Assembly: GCF_001194135.2 (NCBI RefSeq)
Contig: NC_068995.1
Span: 52,242,865-52,297,631 of the forward strand
Origin: Octopus bimaculoides
Taxonomy: Eukaryota
Length of the DNA stretch: 54,767 bases
Reading direction: 5' to 3'
Shown here: piece by piece, positions 1 to 12,744 of the stretch
Numbering within the stretch: position 1 is the first letter of the stretch
Layout: each line of letters begins with the position of its first letter
Notes under the pieces: generated by a model
What the model saw: the letters and a program-made list of their open reading frames with translations, nothing else
Databases searched by the model: none
What the model was told of the DNA's origin: nothing
Position numbers and translations under genes: made by a program

Positions 1-6
1 TATATT

Positions 7-58
<52 letters not shown>

Positions 59-60
<2 letters not shown>

Positions 61-176
61 CGCAGGAGTGGCTGTGTAGTAAGTAGCTTGCTTACGAACC
101 ATATGGTTCTGGGTTCAGTCCCACTGCATGGCACCTTGGGCAAATGTCTTCTACTATAGCCTCGGGCTGACCAATG
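59..176 (+). mobile_element. tRNA-headed CORE-like SINE (family A, octopus OR-type), 5' part
   Basis: A-box TGGCTGTGTAG, B-box GGTTCAGTCCC, body caccttgggcaaatgtcttctactatagcc shared with more than 10 copies in the window. Confidence 0.85.
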
Positions 177-201
177 GATGATGAGAGAAAGAGAGACACA
201 G

Positions 202-360
202 TCTTCTTTCAGTTTCCATCTACCCAGTCCACTCACAAGGCTTTTGGCCTGCCTATGGCTATAGTGGAGACACTTGTCCAAAGTGACACACAGTGGAATT
301 GAACCTGGAAACATGTGGTTGGAAAACAAACTTCTTACCAAGCAGCTTTGCCTGCAGGCA
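202..360 (-). mobile_element. SINE family A, diverged inverted copy
   Basis: Reverse complement of the same head and core (tttcagtttccatctacc...gacacttgtccaaagtg...gaacctgg). Confidence 0.8.
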
Positions 361-1009
361 CATACTCCCAAAAGCTAGACCTCATGAAAAGGGATAATGC
401 AAAAGAATTCGTACATCTATTTTTCCATATTTCCATTAATGAAATTAACTTAAAACTATTTTGAATATTTATAGTTATTTACTATTACTGTTGAGAGCAT
501 CACCCACCCCCCCCAACCCGATAATTCCGAGTAAAGCTAAGCTCTAGAATTCAAAAACAATGGGCTATTTAAAGTGCTTTCAGATCACAGAGAACATTCT
601 GTGTTTAAGTTAGAATCACTGAATTGGTATGTCACTAAACGTCAGCCACATTTTAAGTATTTTAAAATGTTAAACCTGGTGATGGTACTATTATAGATTA
701 TCTGGCAACGGTATAACCAGTAAATCAACTTTTCCAAGGTGATGTGACTAGCTGCGAGACACAATTATGTGAGAGAAGCTAAAAATAATCACTTTGCTCT
801 GAAAATTGACTTTGGACTAATGTTTTCCCATCAAATGTTTTTTGAGTACTTTAATGGGCCTTTGAGACTATCAATTAAAAGTTATAGAATAATTAGAACT
901 TGGCCAATAGCCACAACTCTATACTCTGCTTCGACTAGTTCCGTGTAGATCTTTGAACATGACACCCACATATCCTATTTTGAAACATTGTTGCTTAGTC
1001 ACGTACATT

Positions 1010-1200
1010 TTTTTCCTTTTACTGGTATCAGTCATTGGACTGCAGCCATGCTGGAGCCTCAATTTCTCACGTCAATCACCCCATTTCATTTTAGCACTTA
1101 CTTTATTGATCTCTGTTTATGCAACTGCTAAGCTTCAAAGCAAAGGAACACAACATAAACAACACAAGTTCTTCGATTGGTGCAAAGATAAGCGCTGGCA
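1010..1200 (-). mobile_element. SINE family A 3' tail, degenerate
   Basis: ttttactggtatcagtcattggactgcagccatgctggagc matches the family A tail seen at 47290-47340. Confidence 0.6.
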
Positions 1201-1363
1201 TGCATAACAACAACTACAGGGTTCTATTATCCATCTGAAAATGTAGAAGCCACTTGCACAAGGAATTGTGTGTTGGGATTGGATTCAGAACTAAATGTTC
1301 GGATAGAGATGTTCTTAACCTCACAGCTATTAAGAACTGGTTGAATGGTTTACATTTGAGATA

Positions 1364-1742
1364 TGGCTCTGTGGTTGAGAAGCTTGCATCCTAAGTTTGT
1401 GGTCTCAGGTTCAGTCCCACTGCGCAGCACCATGGGCAAATGTTTTCTGCTCTAGCTTCAATACAACCAAAGCTTTGTGAGTAGATTTCATAGAGGGAAA
1501 CTGAAAGAAACCCGTCCTGTGTGTGTGTGATTGTGTCTCCTTATTATGACATATGATAGTTGTAAATGAATGGCATTTATTTCCAATATTCTGTGGAAAC
1601 ATGTCTAGCAATGGGGGAAATATTAGCTGGTTTGGAAACAGGGAAGAGTTGGTGACAACGTGGGCATCCAGCCATAGAAAATCTGCTTCAAGAAATTCCG
1701 TCTGACCCACACAAGTGTGAAATAAATGGACGTTAAACGACG
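1364..1742 (+). mobile_element. SINE A2: family A head/core with a different body and RTE-type tail
   Basis: Family A head, then gggcatccagccatagaaaatctg and tail ggacgttaaacgacgat; homologous to 38131-38498. Confidence 0.75.
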
Positions 1743-2121
1743 ATCACATGTACCTTTAAGAAAGGTAACATCAGCAACAATTTCAAATACACAGGAACCA
1801 GTTTCTGATTTATCAAATATTAAAAAAAAAAAAAAAAAGTTCCGTCTAAGTTGTAGAAGTATGGACACATGCTTAACGACGAATAAAAGGTTGCCGATGG
1901 GGTAAACAAGAAATGCAATTCATTGCATTCTTTGAAGACAACTTCCAGTGGATTAAGTAGTACAACTTGCTACTTTCTGCACCTGTACAAATCCCCAGAG
2001 GCATCGCATCTTGCAAGGTTTTTCTGTCTGTCATCTAAATTAGGTCTCTTTCAAAACAACATAAAGCAAACCTGACTACCAAATTGCAGGCTCGCTACAC
2101 GTTGAAAATTTTATTTCTTTC

Positions 2122-2409
2122 TATATAAACGACGTGATTTCAATAAAAGTCAAATCACGCTTTAGCACACATTATGTAAAATCGGTTAAACCTATTTGAG
2201 CATTTCCTGGTTGTTAAGATAACATATTTGACGAAGCTCACTCCTTGAAATAAGTCGGCAACGTTTCCTGGTTTGACGTAAAAATCAATGTGACCTAGCA
2301 GTCACAGAAAACATCTGAACTTCCTTGCATTGCACAAAACCATGTTTTTGTTGCCTTTTAACTCTTTTATGATTCAGTGTTATTTTATTCCATGACTCAA
2401 ACCGGAAGT
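2122..2409. promoter_or_regulatory. Candidate promoter motif cluster
   Basis: TATATAAA 2122-29, 8-bp inverted repeat CGTGATTT/AAATCACG 2133-59, TGACGTAA (CRE-like) 2274-81, ACCGGAAGT (ETS) 2401-09, located where CpG frequency rises by eye. Confidence 0.3.
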
Positions 2410-5400
2410 TGAAGGTCGTTATCATCACAGCGAAAGCCTGAATCACTACAAACCGTACATTTTTCACATCATTATGGAAGAACTATTTCCAGAGTTGATA
2501 AATTAATGTTGTACTTCTCAATATATCAGCTATTGTAAATATATTAAAATTCGGTACTAGAAATTGCAAAATTCCTCAATAAGTATCCAACCTATACAAG
2601 TTTCATATCACAGGCTTCGGTTAATTACACAATTATAGCCGGTAGTTCACGTTGGCATAACCTCGAGTTGCAATTACAATTGGGTTTGTTTATTATTATT
2701 ATTATTACTACACATGCAAATAAAGGAGTGTCCATTCTTTTTCTTTTTGCACGCTATATGCATTTAAAAGTACAGAAAACTTCTGTTTGCCTTATCTTCT
2801 GAAACACATATGGTCGATCATAGAGTTTCACTATCAACAAGCAACTTTTACGTATTTTCATTTTCAAAATGTTTCCCGTGTTTCTTTTCGTAGTCCGTCT
2901 CGTGGACCTTTTTTCATAAATTTCCTTTTTAAAACGTATTTCTGTGTAACTTTTCATAAGGTCGGTCTCGTGTAAATTCGAACACCTGCGATGCCACCAC
3001 CTTTTTGGACGAAGGTGAAGAATACGCACACGCGGTGTTTAGGGTTGGGGTTACGCCGAAAACGGGTGGTGTCCGCTAATCCAATCAAGATACGTGGCAG
3101 CATTATTAAATGTTGCCAGTTCTTTTTGAACATAATCTTTTTAACACTTTCCAAGCTGTAATTGCTATTTTTTACAAATTGATTAAGCATTTGCATTGCC
3201 TAGGCTATGAAAGTATTAAAAAAAATACGTCAGTGATGTGATTAATAATAGATTTTATGGAAAACACGTACGGTAGTCTTTGATTGTATCTGGTAAAAAT
3301 ATCAATAGATTACAGAACCCGTAAAATGAAATTGTGTTTCTAGTGTTTGATATTAAAGGTTCACGTATAAAACTACTACTTTCGTTTTCACACCATCCTG
3401 ATATTTCACGGAACATAGTGTATGCGTAAATTTTTTTAAGGGGCTTACCTAAAGATATCAGAATTATTTCACTATTTTCTTAAAATTTCGTTTACACTTA
3501 CACCTTACAAATATGAAAACGCCCAAGACTATCCAAAATGAAAGTAAATTCAATAAAATATTAGCTATTACGTTTTAACTTGTAAAATACAGCAAAGCTA
3601 AAGCAATTCCTGTTTATTTCAATAGCAAATATGCACTATTAAACAGATTTAACAGTTCAGCTAAAATTTCAATACGATTTTTTGAAAACCAATAATAAAT
3701 ATTTAAAATTCGAGGATTTCAGGATTTAATGAATATAAATTTAGCTATTTATTTTGTATATTTAAAAAAAAAAAGAAAATTAATAAATTGTAATAATAAT
3801 TAATTTATGATTGCATTCGGCCGAATAAATTACCAAACCAGATGAGTTTGTACAGCAATGTTTTGATCAACAAAACCACGTGGATAAAATAACCGGGAAA
3901 TACAAAATACTTTTAAATATAAACACAAGGCACTTTAAACTACATTAAGTAAATAAAAAAATAAAAACAACCAACACCGTATGTCTTCATAAACTTTGGG
4001 TGACTCGAAAGTAAGTATAAAATAAATTTTAAAAATAATAGTTTAAATTAGAAAAAAATATTTATTTACAAATTTAAAACTAATTGTTTTAAAATTTAAG
4101 TCACTGTAGAAGATTCGACGAAAAAAAATTTTTAATTAAAATTATTTAATAAAGCTAAGTTAAATTTCTAAAACGAAATATTAAATTACAAAAAGGGTTC
4201 ATTTGGGGTGATGTTTTAAATTAAGTTTCCGAAAACATTAAATTTAAAATTAGTAAAAAATGTCCCACGTGTAAAAGACAAGTAAATCCAAGGTCGAATG
4301 AAAGTCATCTGACTAGCCTGGCGCTTGGTAAATAATTAGACAGGCGACACCCGTGATAATATACGAGCTTAATTAATTGTAAAGAAGCTACCCCAGCCTA
4401 ATTAAATAGATAAATACAATATATATAAGGAGCTGCCGTAACGTTGCACCTTACAAGCTAAAACGAAGTGGACATAGAAATGAAGTTTAATCTCTAGTGA
4501 GATGGAGCTAAATTAAATTCGTGTTTTTTTTTATATTTAAATACCTATTTAGAAATAAAGGGTCTTTTCCCTCCCCACCTGTAAGTATAATAAACATTGG
4601 ACAGAAGGAAATAAAGCTCTGAGAAGATTGCACGTGTTAGAGAGAAAGCAGGTAAGCGAAATGGGTGGAAATGGTCGAAGCGACATATGTAAAGGGACAG
4701 CAAGAAAAAAGAAAAAAAAGTGAGAACAAGAAGCGGTGGAGAGAATACATTTAAAATACATGAATGAAACCTCCCCGAGAATCAAAGTGACCCGAGTGAC
4801 TGAGGGTCGTGAAGAAGAAGCTAGTAAAGTAGTAGGTGTGGTAGTAAAGGCTGTTAATGGAATAAATGGTAGCAGTGGTAGTAGTATCAAAAAATATGGG
4901 TGAAATCCATAACTAAAAAAAAAACAAAACAAACCTCTTCTGTGGCCTTTTTATTATTTTTTTTTTAAATATTTCTCTGGTTCGGTGTTGTTGGGTTCAC
5001 TGTAATCGTATTATTATTGTTATGATGATGATGATGATGACATTATTACATGGGAAACTGTGACGACTGCAGTAGTCAAAGACATCATGGCCGACAACTA
5101 CCGACCGGAACAATGGCACACCACAGCAGCGAACACTAATTTTTTTTTTTTTCCATAAAACGATCCTCAAAAAGTGGATAAGGAAATTATTCCAAGATTA
5201 TTTTCTTCAATTAAAATGTCAAAAACAAAAAATAATCGTAATTAATCCGAGCTTTTTTTAAAAATAAATAAATGTGTTATCAATAGATCATCCAAGGGAG
5301 GGGGAGGTAGAAGTATGAGTGAAGCGTCATACTTATTGGCTTGACTGAAGGAGGAGGAGGAGGAAGCCAACTCTCACTGCTGCTAGCCTAAGAGGGAGGA

Positions 5401-5828
5401 AGAAGCATGAGAGTAACGCAACGTTTTACCCCTCCCTTCCTACGCACGGTTTACTACTACCACTACCACGTCGTACAGCCACTCAACAAGCTTTTACATG
5501 GAGTAATAGGAACAGAGAGAGAGACAGACATATAGAGATAGAGAGAGGGTGGAAAACAGGAAGAGAGAGGGTAAGATAGAAAAAGAAAGATGGGCTCTGA
5601 ATTTCAATGTTATAATACAATAGCCATTTTTTTCTCTACTTTTCACTGCACAATGGCGAATAAAATGTTAAGATTTTCACAATTTTTACCTGGAAATGGT
5701 CTAAAAGTGAGTCGATCAGCTAGATAGGGATGCTGGAAGTAATGTTGATTGAAAATTTCGGCTCAAGTTGGTGTATTTCTTTAGCAGCAAGTGTCGGTCG
5801 TAAGGCAGCGTCGTGTCGATGCAAGCTG

Positions 5829-5846
5829 AAATATGGCGGCCATCTT
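5829..5846. promoter_or_regulatory. Overlapping double YY1-type site
   Basis: AAATATGGCGG on + and AAGATGGCCGCCAT on -, within a CpG-rich stretch. Confidence 0.4.
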
Positions 5847-7671
5847 TAGAATGTATGTATGCGTATGGAGTGAGTGTGTGTGTGTGTATACGTATCAGAG
5901 TGTGTTTCAGTCGTCTTGTCTTTCAGGCGAGCAGTCCGACGATAATAGCCAAGGAATTGTGGGATAGAAGCTAGTATATTTGAACAGGGGAGCCCTCTGC
6001 CTAGCTTATGACTGTGACGTGGTATTTGCTTTCAGTCATGTAATAGTAATAATACATGCATGCACACACCTAGTGTAGAATGAAGATTTCATCACTTGGC
6101 TGTCTAGCACATACTATGAAAATAATTGCTGCTTGCCATCAATACTGGAGCAAGAAGCAACTCTTGTACATTCTCCATTAGACGCGGGCAAAATCCAACT
6201 TGTTGATTGATGCCAATGGCCAAGGAACCAAGCAGAAGCCTTTATCCAACATATTTTAAATGTACTTTTGGTCCCTTGAGGTTGTGTATCCAGAAAGTAG
6301 ATGTAGATGAATGGGAAAACAAATACGATAAGACTCAATTTAATAAATCATTAAAGATATATTCTGAGTGTGCATTGCTTCAAGGAGACAAACTCATTGA
6401 AGACGAATCATGAAATGGTCCCCAATGAATAAATATATAATCTTCATCACTTCACAAGTCTGAAAATACCGAAAGTGCCATAATAATGGGATCAGTAAAC
6501 CCATTTTGGATCAAAGGCACTGCAACCCAAGTACAACCAGTGGGTGGCTAGATAATTGCTGGTTTACCCTAAAGGTATGGACCCGGAAGTGAACATATGA
6601 ACCACAGGTTTTAGACCATCTTCCTATAAACTGACATGAATATAATTTTAAACCATGTCCAGAACTGCTTAGGAATGTGTGTATACAGACACAAGTATAA
6701 TGTCTGTAAAAAATAAATCACTAGGAATACATTAAAAGGAAATATTATTCGTATAATTAACAATTACTATGTATGTAGTGTAAACATACAAGTCATGGTG
6801 GCCCATCACAATTACTTGCGACTCTGAAGGTGGGGGCAAAACTGAAATTCATTTTAGAAGCCTAGATCCAATTTCTATACTTCGTATATTTCAGGAAAAG
6901 GAGAAAAAATTGAACACAAAATTGTGAATACTGAAATACAAAAGCATGTAATACAATAATAAAATGTAAAAAGAAACTAAAAGACAATATTCTTCAATTA
7001 AAATGTTTTTATTTATATAAAAAATAATAAACAAAACAAGTAACCACGTGGGTTAAGAGAATATCAACAAAATATGCAATACATCAACATGACATTAAAG
7101 ACATACATATGTAAATTATATGTGTATTATATATGTATATCTATTATACATATATATATATACACACACATACTGAAGTGTGTATATATGCGTATATACA
7201 ATGTAAGTATATATATTTATATATATATATATAGATATATACACACAACTAAACGTGATACGTACACGCGTGTATATATGTATGTGTATGTATATATATA
7301 CATACACACACATACCTACACATATACACACCCGTCTTCCTTCACAGCAGAAACAGATCCCTATACAAAAGCAATTGGCACAAGCTATATACATACAGGA
7401 GCTAAATCAATGCAGAAAACAAGTGTATATACATTACAGGTGTCACAAGAAACCAATGTATATAACAAGGCTATATACAGTGTATAAAATTCTACACAAT
7501 CACTCAAATCGATCAAAACCTATTAACGATGAACAGAAGCAATGTTTTAGTTCAACACAAGCACTACATACAGTTCCTAAGATATTGGCCTATATATACA
7601 TATATATATACACTTGCATATATAAAATTACAATTACATCAGTACCTCACAACTCACAACCACTAGCTTTC

Positions 7672-7795
7672 ATCATCATCATCGTCGTTTAACGTTTGTC
7701 TTCCATGCTGGCATGGGTAGGACGGTTTTGACAGATACTGGCCAGGCAGGAGCCTGCACCAGACTTGTTTTGGCATCGTTTTTACGATTGGATAC
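7672..7795 (-). mobile_element. RTE-type 3' tail fragment
   Basis: (CAT)n-cgtttaacgtttgtcttccatgctggcatggg, the reverse complement of the tail at 43160-43210. Confidence 0.75.
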
Positions 7796-8277
7796 AAGTA
7801 TATACGCATATATATAAACAATTATTTCACGTTCTCTCGAAAGCTTGCAAATGATCACGCAACACATATCTAACTAGATATATATACACACACAAATATA
7901 TATAAATATATATATACACACACACACAATGGTTTTTCCTCATTTTTTAATCTCAGCATTTACCTCAATATCACTATTTTTTACCAGTGATGTATACTGG
8001 TGTAAACGCTACATTTATAGTTTTAAATTACAAACTTTTGAAGAGCAACAAAGGTACACACATATATATATATATACACATACACACACATATATCCAAG
8101 TACATTAGCATTCACAAGCGAACACATATATGACTATATACACAAATACATCTAAACATATACATAAACTTGGAAGTTACGAGCACACCCAACTCAACAA
8201 TCACACAGAGAAGCGTTTCGAACCCGGATTCCCTGGGACAGTTTCTGATACGCTAAGCGAATTCAGAACATTTCCTC

Positions 8278-8455
8278 ACGGACGGGACGCCAGTCCTTGG
8301 CAAGGTTAACTCCCAGCTCCAAGCTAACCTCACAGATACTCTTTTTAAAGTGACCAAAATAGGATCCACAAGAAATAAAGAGTCCTGATCAAGGACAACG
8401 CAGTACTCAGGAATCGAACGCTCGATTCTACGATCGCGAGTTCAAAATTACAACC
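8278..8455 (-). mobile_element. tRNA-headed SINE family E, diverged
   Basis: gggacgccagtcc motif and caggaatcgaac (reverse B-box) shared with 26870-27050. Confidence 0.55.
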
Positions 8456-10020
8456 ATTTAAACAACGAACATTCATTAAAATATTACAAATATATACTTA
8501 TATATACCCAAATACCAACACACTCATACATATACATACATGTATAACAGTAGACTAATACAATAATTAACGAGCTAATTACCAATAAGATATAAACACA
8601 CCCATTTAACCAAATATACATACGTATATACATATATACACCGATATACACAAATATCTTTAGAATGCATTTCAAGGTACAAAATCAACACACGATTATA
8701 TATACATACATACGTAACTATACAAACATGCGCGATTCTTAAATAATAAACGTCTATTTACAATTAGAGAAAATACTGTAGTTATATAATTTCATGAGAA
8801 CTATCAATAACAAGACATTTTTACGAATAACAAATGTAAAATGTGATGTTGTGGTGTTCATGCCTTTCCCACAAGCAGGATAAGGGATTCCTTAACAGAT
8901 TTAGAACAGAGTTGATACTAATTTTGGACCCTTTTTCGCTTTAAATACAATATTTAGATTTTTAAGTGTGTTTTGGTGATTTATAATTATTTTTTATATA
9001 ATTATATTTATGAAATCGATAAAAATAATTTTTTTCTAAGTAAAATTTAATTTTTCACTATGGAAAAATAGCAAAAATTATAGAAACGCTTACAACTAAT
9101 TAAAAAAAAACCTCAAAAAATTAATTAGCAAACGGCTATATAATGAAGTATTTATGTGGATAATAAAGCAGTGATTAAAATTAGAAATCTTACGACGGAA
9201 GAAGTCAATGACAAATGAAGGTCATAGCGCCATATTTGTGATGTCTTCCTCCTTTCTGACGATGGTGAAGCTTGATCACTGCCAATTCTTCGTCTCTCTC
9301 AATGTTATATAATAAAATATAAAGTAGGGGCGAATAAATCGAAATAATTTTCTATCTGAAAACATAAATTATTTAAATCTTTAAACCGAAAATACCAAAG
9401 GCGACGAGGAATTTCGACTTATTCTAAAATATGCAAATTATGATTAAATTTCTGGAAATAAGTTTTAGTATAAAGCTTATTATTATTATTATAAATGTCG
9501 ATGAGGTTTTATAAAACAAGACCCACATCGATCAGGTCTCATCGGACGTTTGAATCAGATATGTACGATTGTATATATGTATATACATACATGCATATAT
9601 AGATGTGTGTGTGTGTGTGAGAGAGGAAAAAGTAAGAATATAATATGAAATAATGAAGATTATCGCCATTTTCTAAGCTGTTTCTTCATCAGTGAGATGT
9701 TAGCGAAGTGTTTATAAAATACATAGATAAATTAAGGAGTATTAAACATTGTGAACCTTTACGAGTGGATCTGTACAGATATACATACGTAATGTACCCG
9801 AAATTTCTTGACTGTCTCCTGTATGCAATTCCTTCTTCGTTTTATAAAAATTTGAAAAGCCAGACGAAAGTTCCACGCGTTTGCCTTCATACAACAAGTG
9901 ATCGCGGATGTGTGTAAAATTCAACCGACAGCCACTTGTTCGTATAACAACTGCAATGGATAAATAAAAAAGGAAGAAGAAGAAGAGAGGCGATGTGTTT
10001 GTTCTTGGTTTGCCTCTTAC

Positions 10021-10098
10021 CGCACTGTCCGTCGAAGAAAGCTGGTAAAGCGAGCAGCAGTTGATCGAATACATGTCCTCACAGCTCCGAGTTGCCGC
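10021..10098 (-). other. Candidate 78-nt internal exon of an unidentified minus-strand transcript
   Basis: Acceptor tctccttcttttcAG| and donor GCG|GTAAGA bound exactly 78 nt in a CpG-rich island; two of three frames are open. Confidence 0.45.
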
Positions 10099-12382
10099 CT
10101 GAAAAGAAGGAGATAGTTGCAAGTCTTGGATAGAAAACCAACAACGGGAGATAACTCTCTCACTCACGAACAATTGTTTTACAGCTTTAGTTTTTATTTT
10201 TCTATCAATAAATATCCCATCGATACTTCAGAATACATTTTAATGAAATTTATAAAAATTCCTTCACTTTGATTTTAAAATATTTCAATTTTTTCAAATT
10301 CGACAACATTTTCACCTCAAGCTATATGACGTCATGTTGTTGATGTGCCCTGTAACATGCATAATTCAATGGTCACAAGTTTTCAAGTAAAATCACAAAA
10401 TAGTCAATTTGTTTCGTAAAACTTTGTTCATGGTTATAATGTTTGTAACTTATCATTGTAATTTTTATAGAAAATTATTAATTTTCGCTTCTATAACTGT
10501 CTGAATAAATGATATTTCTGCAGGACTGGTAACATGCATACAAAAAATTAACATGGAGGAAGGTTTGATGAAATTGAAATTTTTATTTATTTATTTGTTT
10601 TTATACATTGTACGCAATAATAGTAAATATACAGCAATAAAACCTTTAAAAATTTCAAATAATTTACCAAAATTCATTTAATCTATGCCGAACTCATTTC
10701 AAAAACGTATATCTTCAAATATTTGGAAATATGAGAATATATGCAGAAACAGGGTTTATTATGATGTCAAGACTGATTTATGAAAATGCTGGAGTTAAAA
10801 GCCTCAAAAATTATTTACTTTTCTTATATTTGTCTAATTTAATGTTATTTTAATGCGAGAAAATACCGAACAATATAGATGCGTGTGTGCAGATGTGTGA
10901 GTGCGTGTTCGTGAGGAAGTCAGTCATCTACAATCGAATACTTTATGTTATTAAAACGCCTTAAATATTAATACCAAGAAACAACCTCACTAAAATCTAA
11001 TGAATAAATATGTGTGACACTTAATCATCAGTGTTTATAAACAAATAGTCTTAAAATATAAGAAATAATATGAACTTGCATCAAAGCTAATGGCGACCGA
11101 TTGAAAGCCTACACGAAAGCAACCTGATATATTTTGTCACTTTCCTGCACTTCTCAGGAGCATTAGATCATGGAAACACTTTTATATCATGCGAAATGGT
11201 CACCTCTAAAATTAATTAACCAAACATACTATTAACTTCTTGAAGACGAAAGGGTGTTTGATTGAATTATCCCTAAATACACAAAATGTTATAAGCTGAT
11301 ATTATTTCATCAACATTTCTTAATAAAAATTTCTACGACTACAAAGAATTCAGCTTTTTTTAATTAATTCTAAACAAAGTATAAATTTCTAACGAAAGGG
11401 GATTATAAAAAAAACATCTTATAATACATCGTAAATGAAAGTAAACGAAATGCTTCATGGCGTATTATATAGTTTCAGTTTGAAAGCTGCAAATTCCATA
11501 ATATATTATTTATATATTGACCTTTCGGCTATTTATGGTTATATATCTATATTTTATTTAACTCTAGTGATATACTTCGTCTGATTAGAAGAATAAACAT
11601 TGAGAAACCAAGTATCTGAACCCAAGCTATTAACGACGAATAATTAGGACATTTAAATATGGTGTTTAAAAATTGTGATTAAAACAAACTTTCATTCCAG
11701 CGATGTATTATAATATTTTATTGTTTCATTCATTTATTAAAACAATCCTTATAAACTTCTAAAAGTTAGAATGTTTCATAACACTTAAATATTCCTACAC
11801 ATGTAATGCTATGAAAAAAAAAATAATTAGATCAAGTACTTGTTTATGTGTAGAAATAGCTGAGAGAAATTAACTGCGTATATATATTTTCAGTGTTCAT
11901 GGCTGTGTGTATATATATATATATATATNNNNNNNNNNNNNNNNNNNNNNNNNNNNNNNNNNNNNNNNNNNNNNNNNNNNNNNNNNNNNNNNNNNNNNNN
12001 NNNNNNNNNNNNNNNNNNNNNNNNNNNNNNNNNNNNNNNNNNNNNNNNNNNNNNNNNNNNNNNNNNNNNNNNNNNNNNNNNNNNNNNNNNNNNNNNNNNN
12101 NNNNNNNNNNNNNNNNNNNNNNNNNNNNNNNNNNNNNNNNNNNNNNNNNNNNNNNNNNNNNNNNNNNNNNNNNNNNNNNNNNNNNNNNNNNNNNNNNNNN
12201 NNNNNNNNNNNNNNNNNNNNNNNNNNNNNNNNNNNNNNNNNNNNNNNNNNNNNNNNNNNNNNNNNNNNNNNNNNNNNNNNNNNNNNNNNNNNNNNNNNNN
12301 NNNNNNNNNNNNNNNNNNNNNNNNNNNNNNNNNNNNNNNNNNNNNNNNNNNNNNNNNNNNNNNNNNNNATATATATATATAT

Positions 12383-12418
<36 letters not shown>

Positions 12419-12744
12419 ATATGGATAGTTAACTATAACGTCTGTTATACACACAACGTGTATAAACATATATGTGCGTGCGTAAAAAATATACACATAT
12501 ATGTGCTAGATAGCCTTATAGGTTATGCTGTTTGTATACATGTCTTTATAAACAAGTAAATATACACACACCACACGTATGTATAGTATATTACGTGTCA
12601 ACGTGTGTTTAGATAGATTTGTCCTTCCATAGATTAAAACAATTTACACATACATACGCTCACACAAACACACATATATATATGAAACATACATATGTGT
12701 TTGTGTACGTGTATACTTTCATAGACACTGACTTTAGTGTAACA

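Noticed and set aside
59-130. tRNA-like A/B boxes here and in other SINE heads
   Set aside because: No full cloverleaf; they continue into SINE bodies, so they are not tRNA genes.
5050-5158. Short ORFs MGNCDDC... (29 aa) and MADNYRP... (23 aa)
   Set aside because: Too short, with no splice donor to extend them.
7074-7692. Long YIYI/HTHT/CVCV/LSLS ORFs here and at 16.8-17.4, 19, 22.7-23.4, 34.9-35.2, 41.5-42.3 and 53.5-54 kb
   Set aside because: Translations of microsatellites, which lack stop codons by composition.
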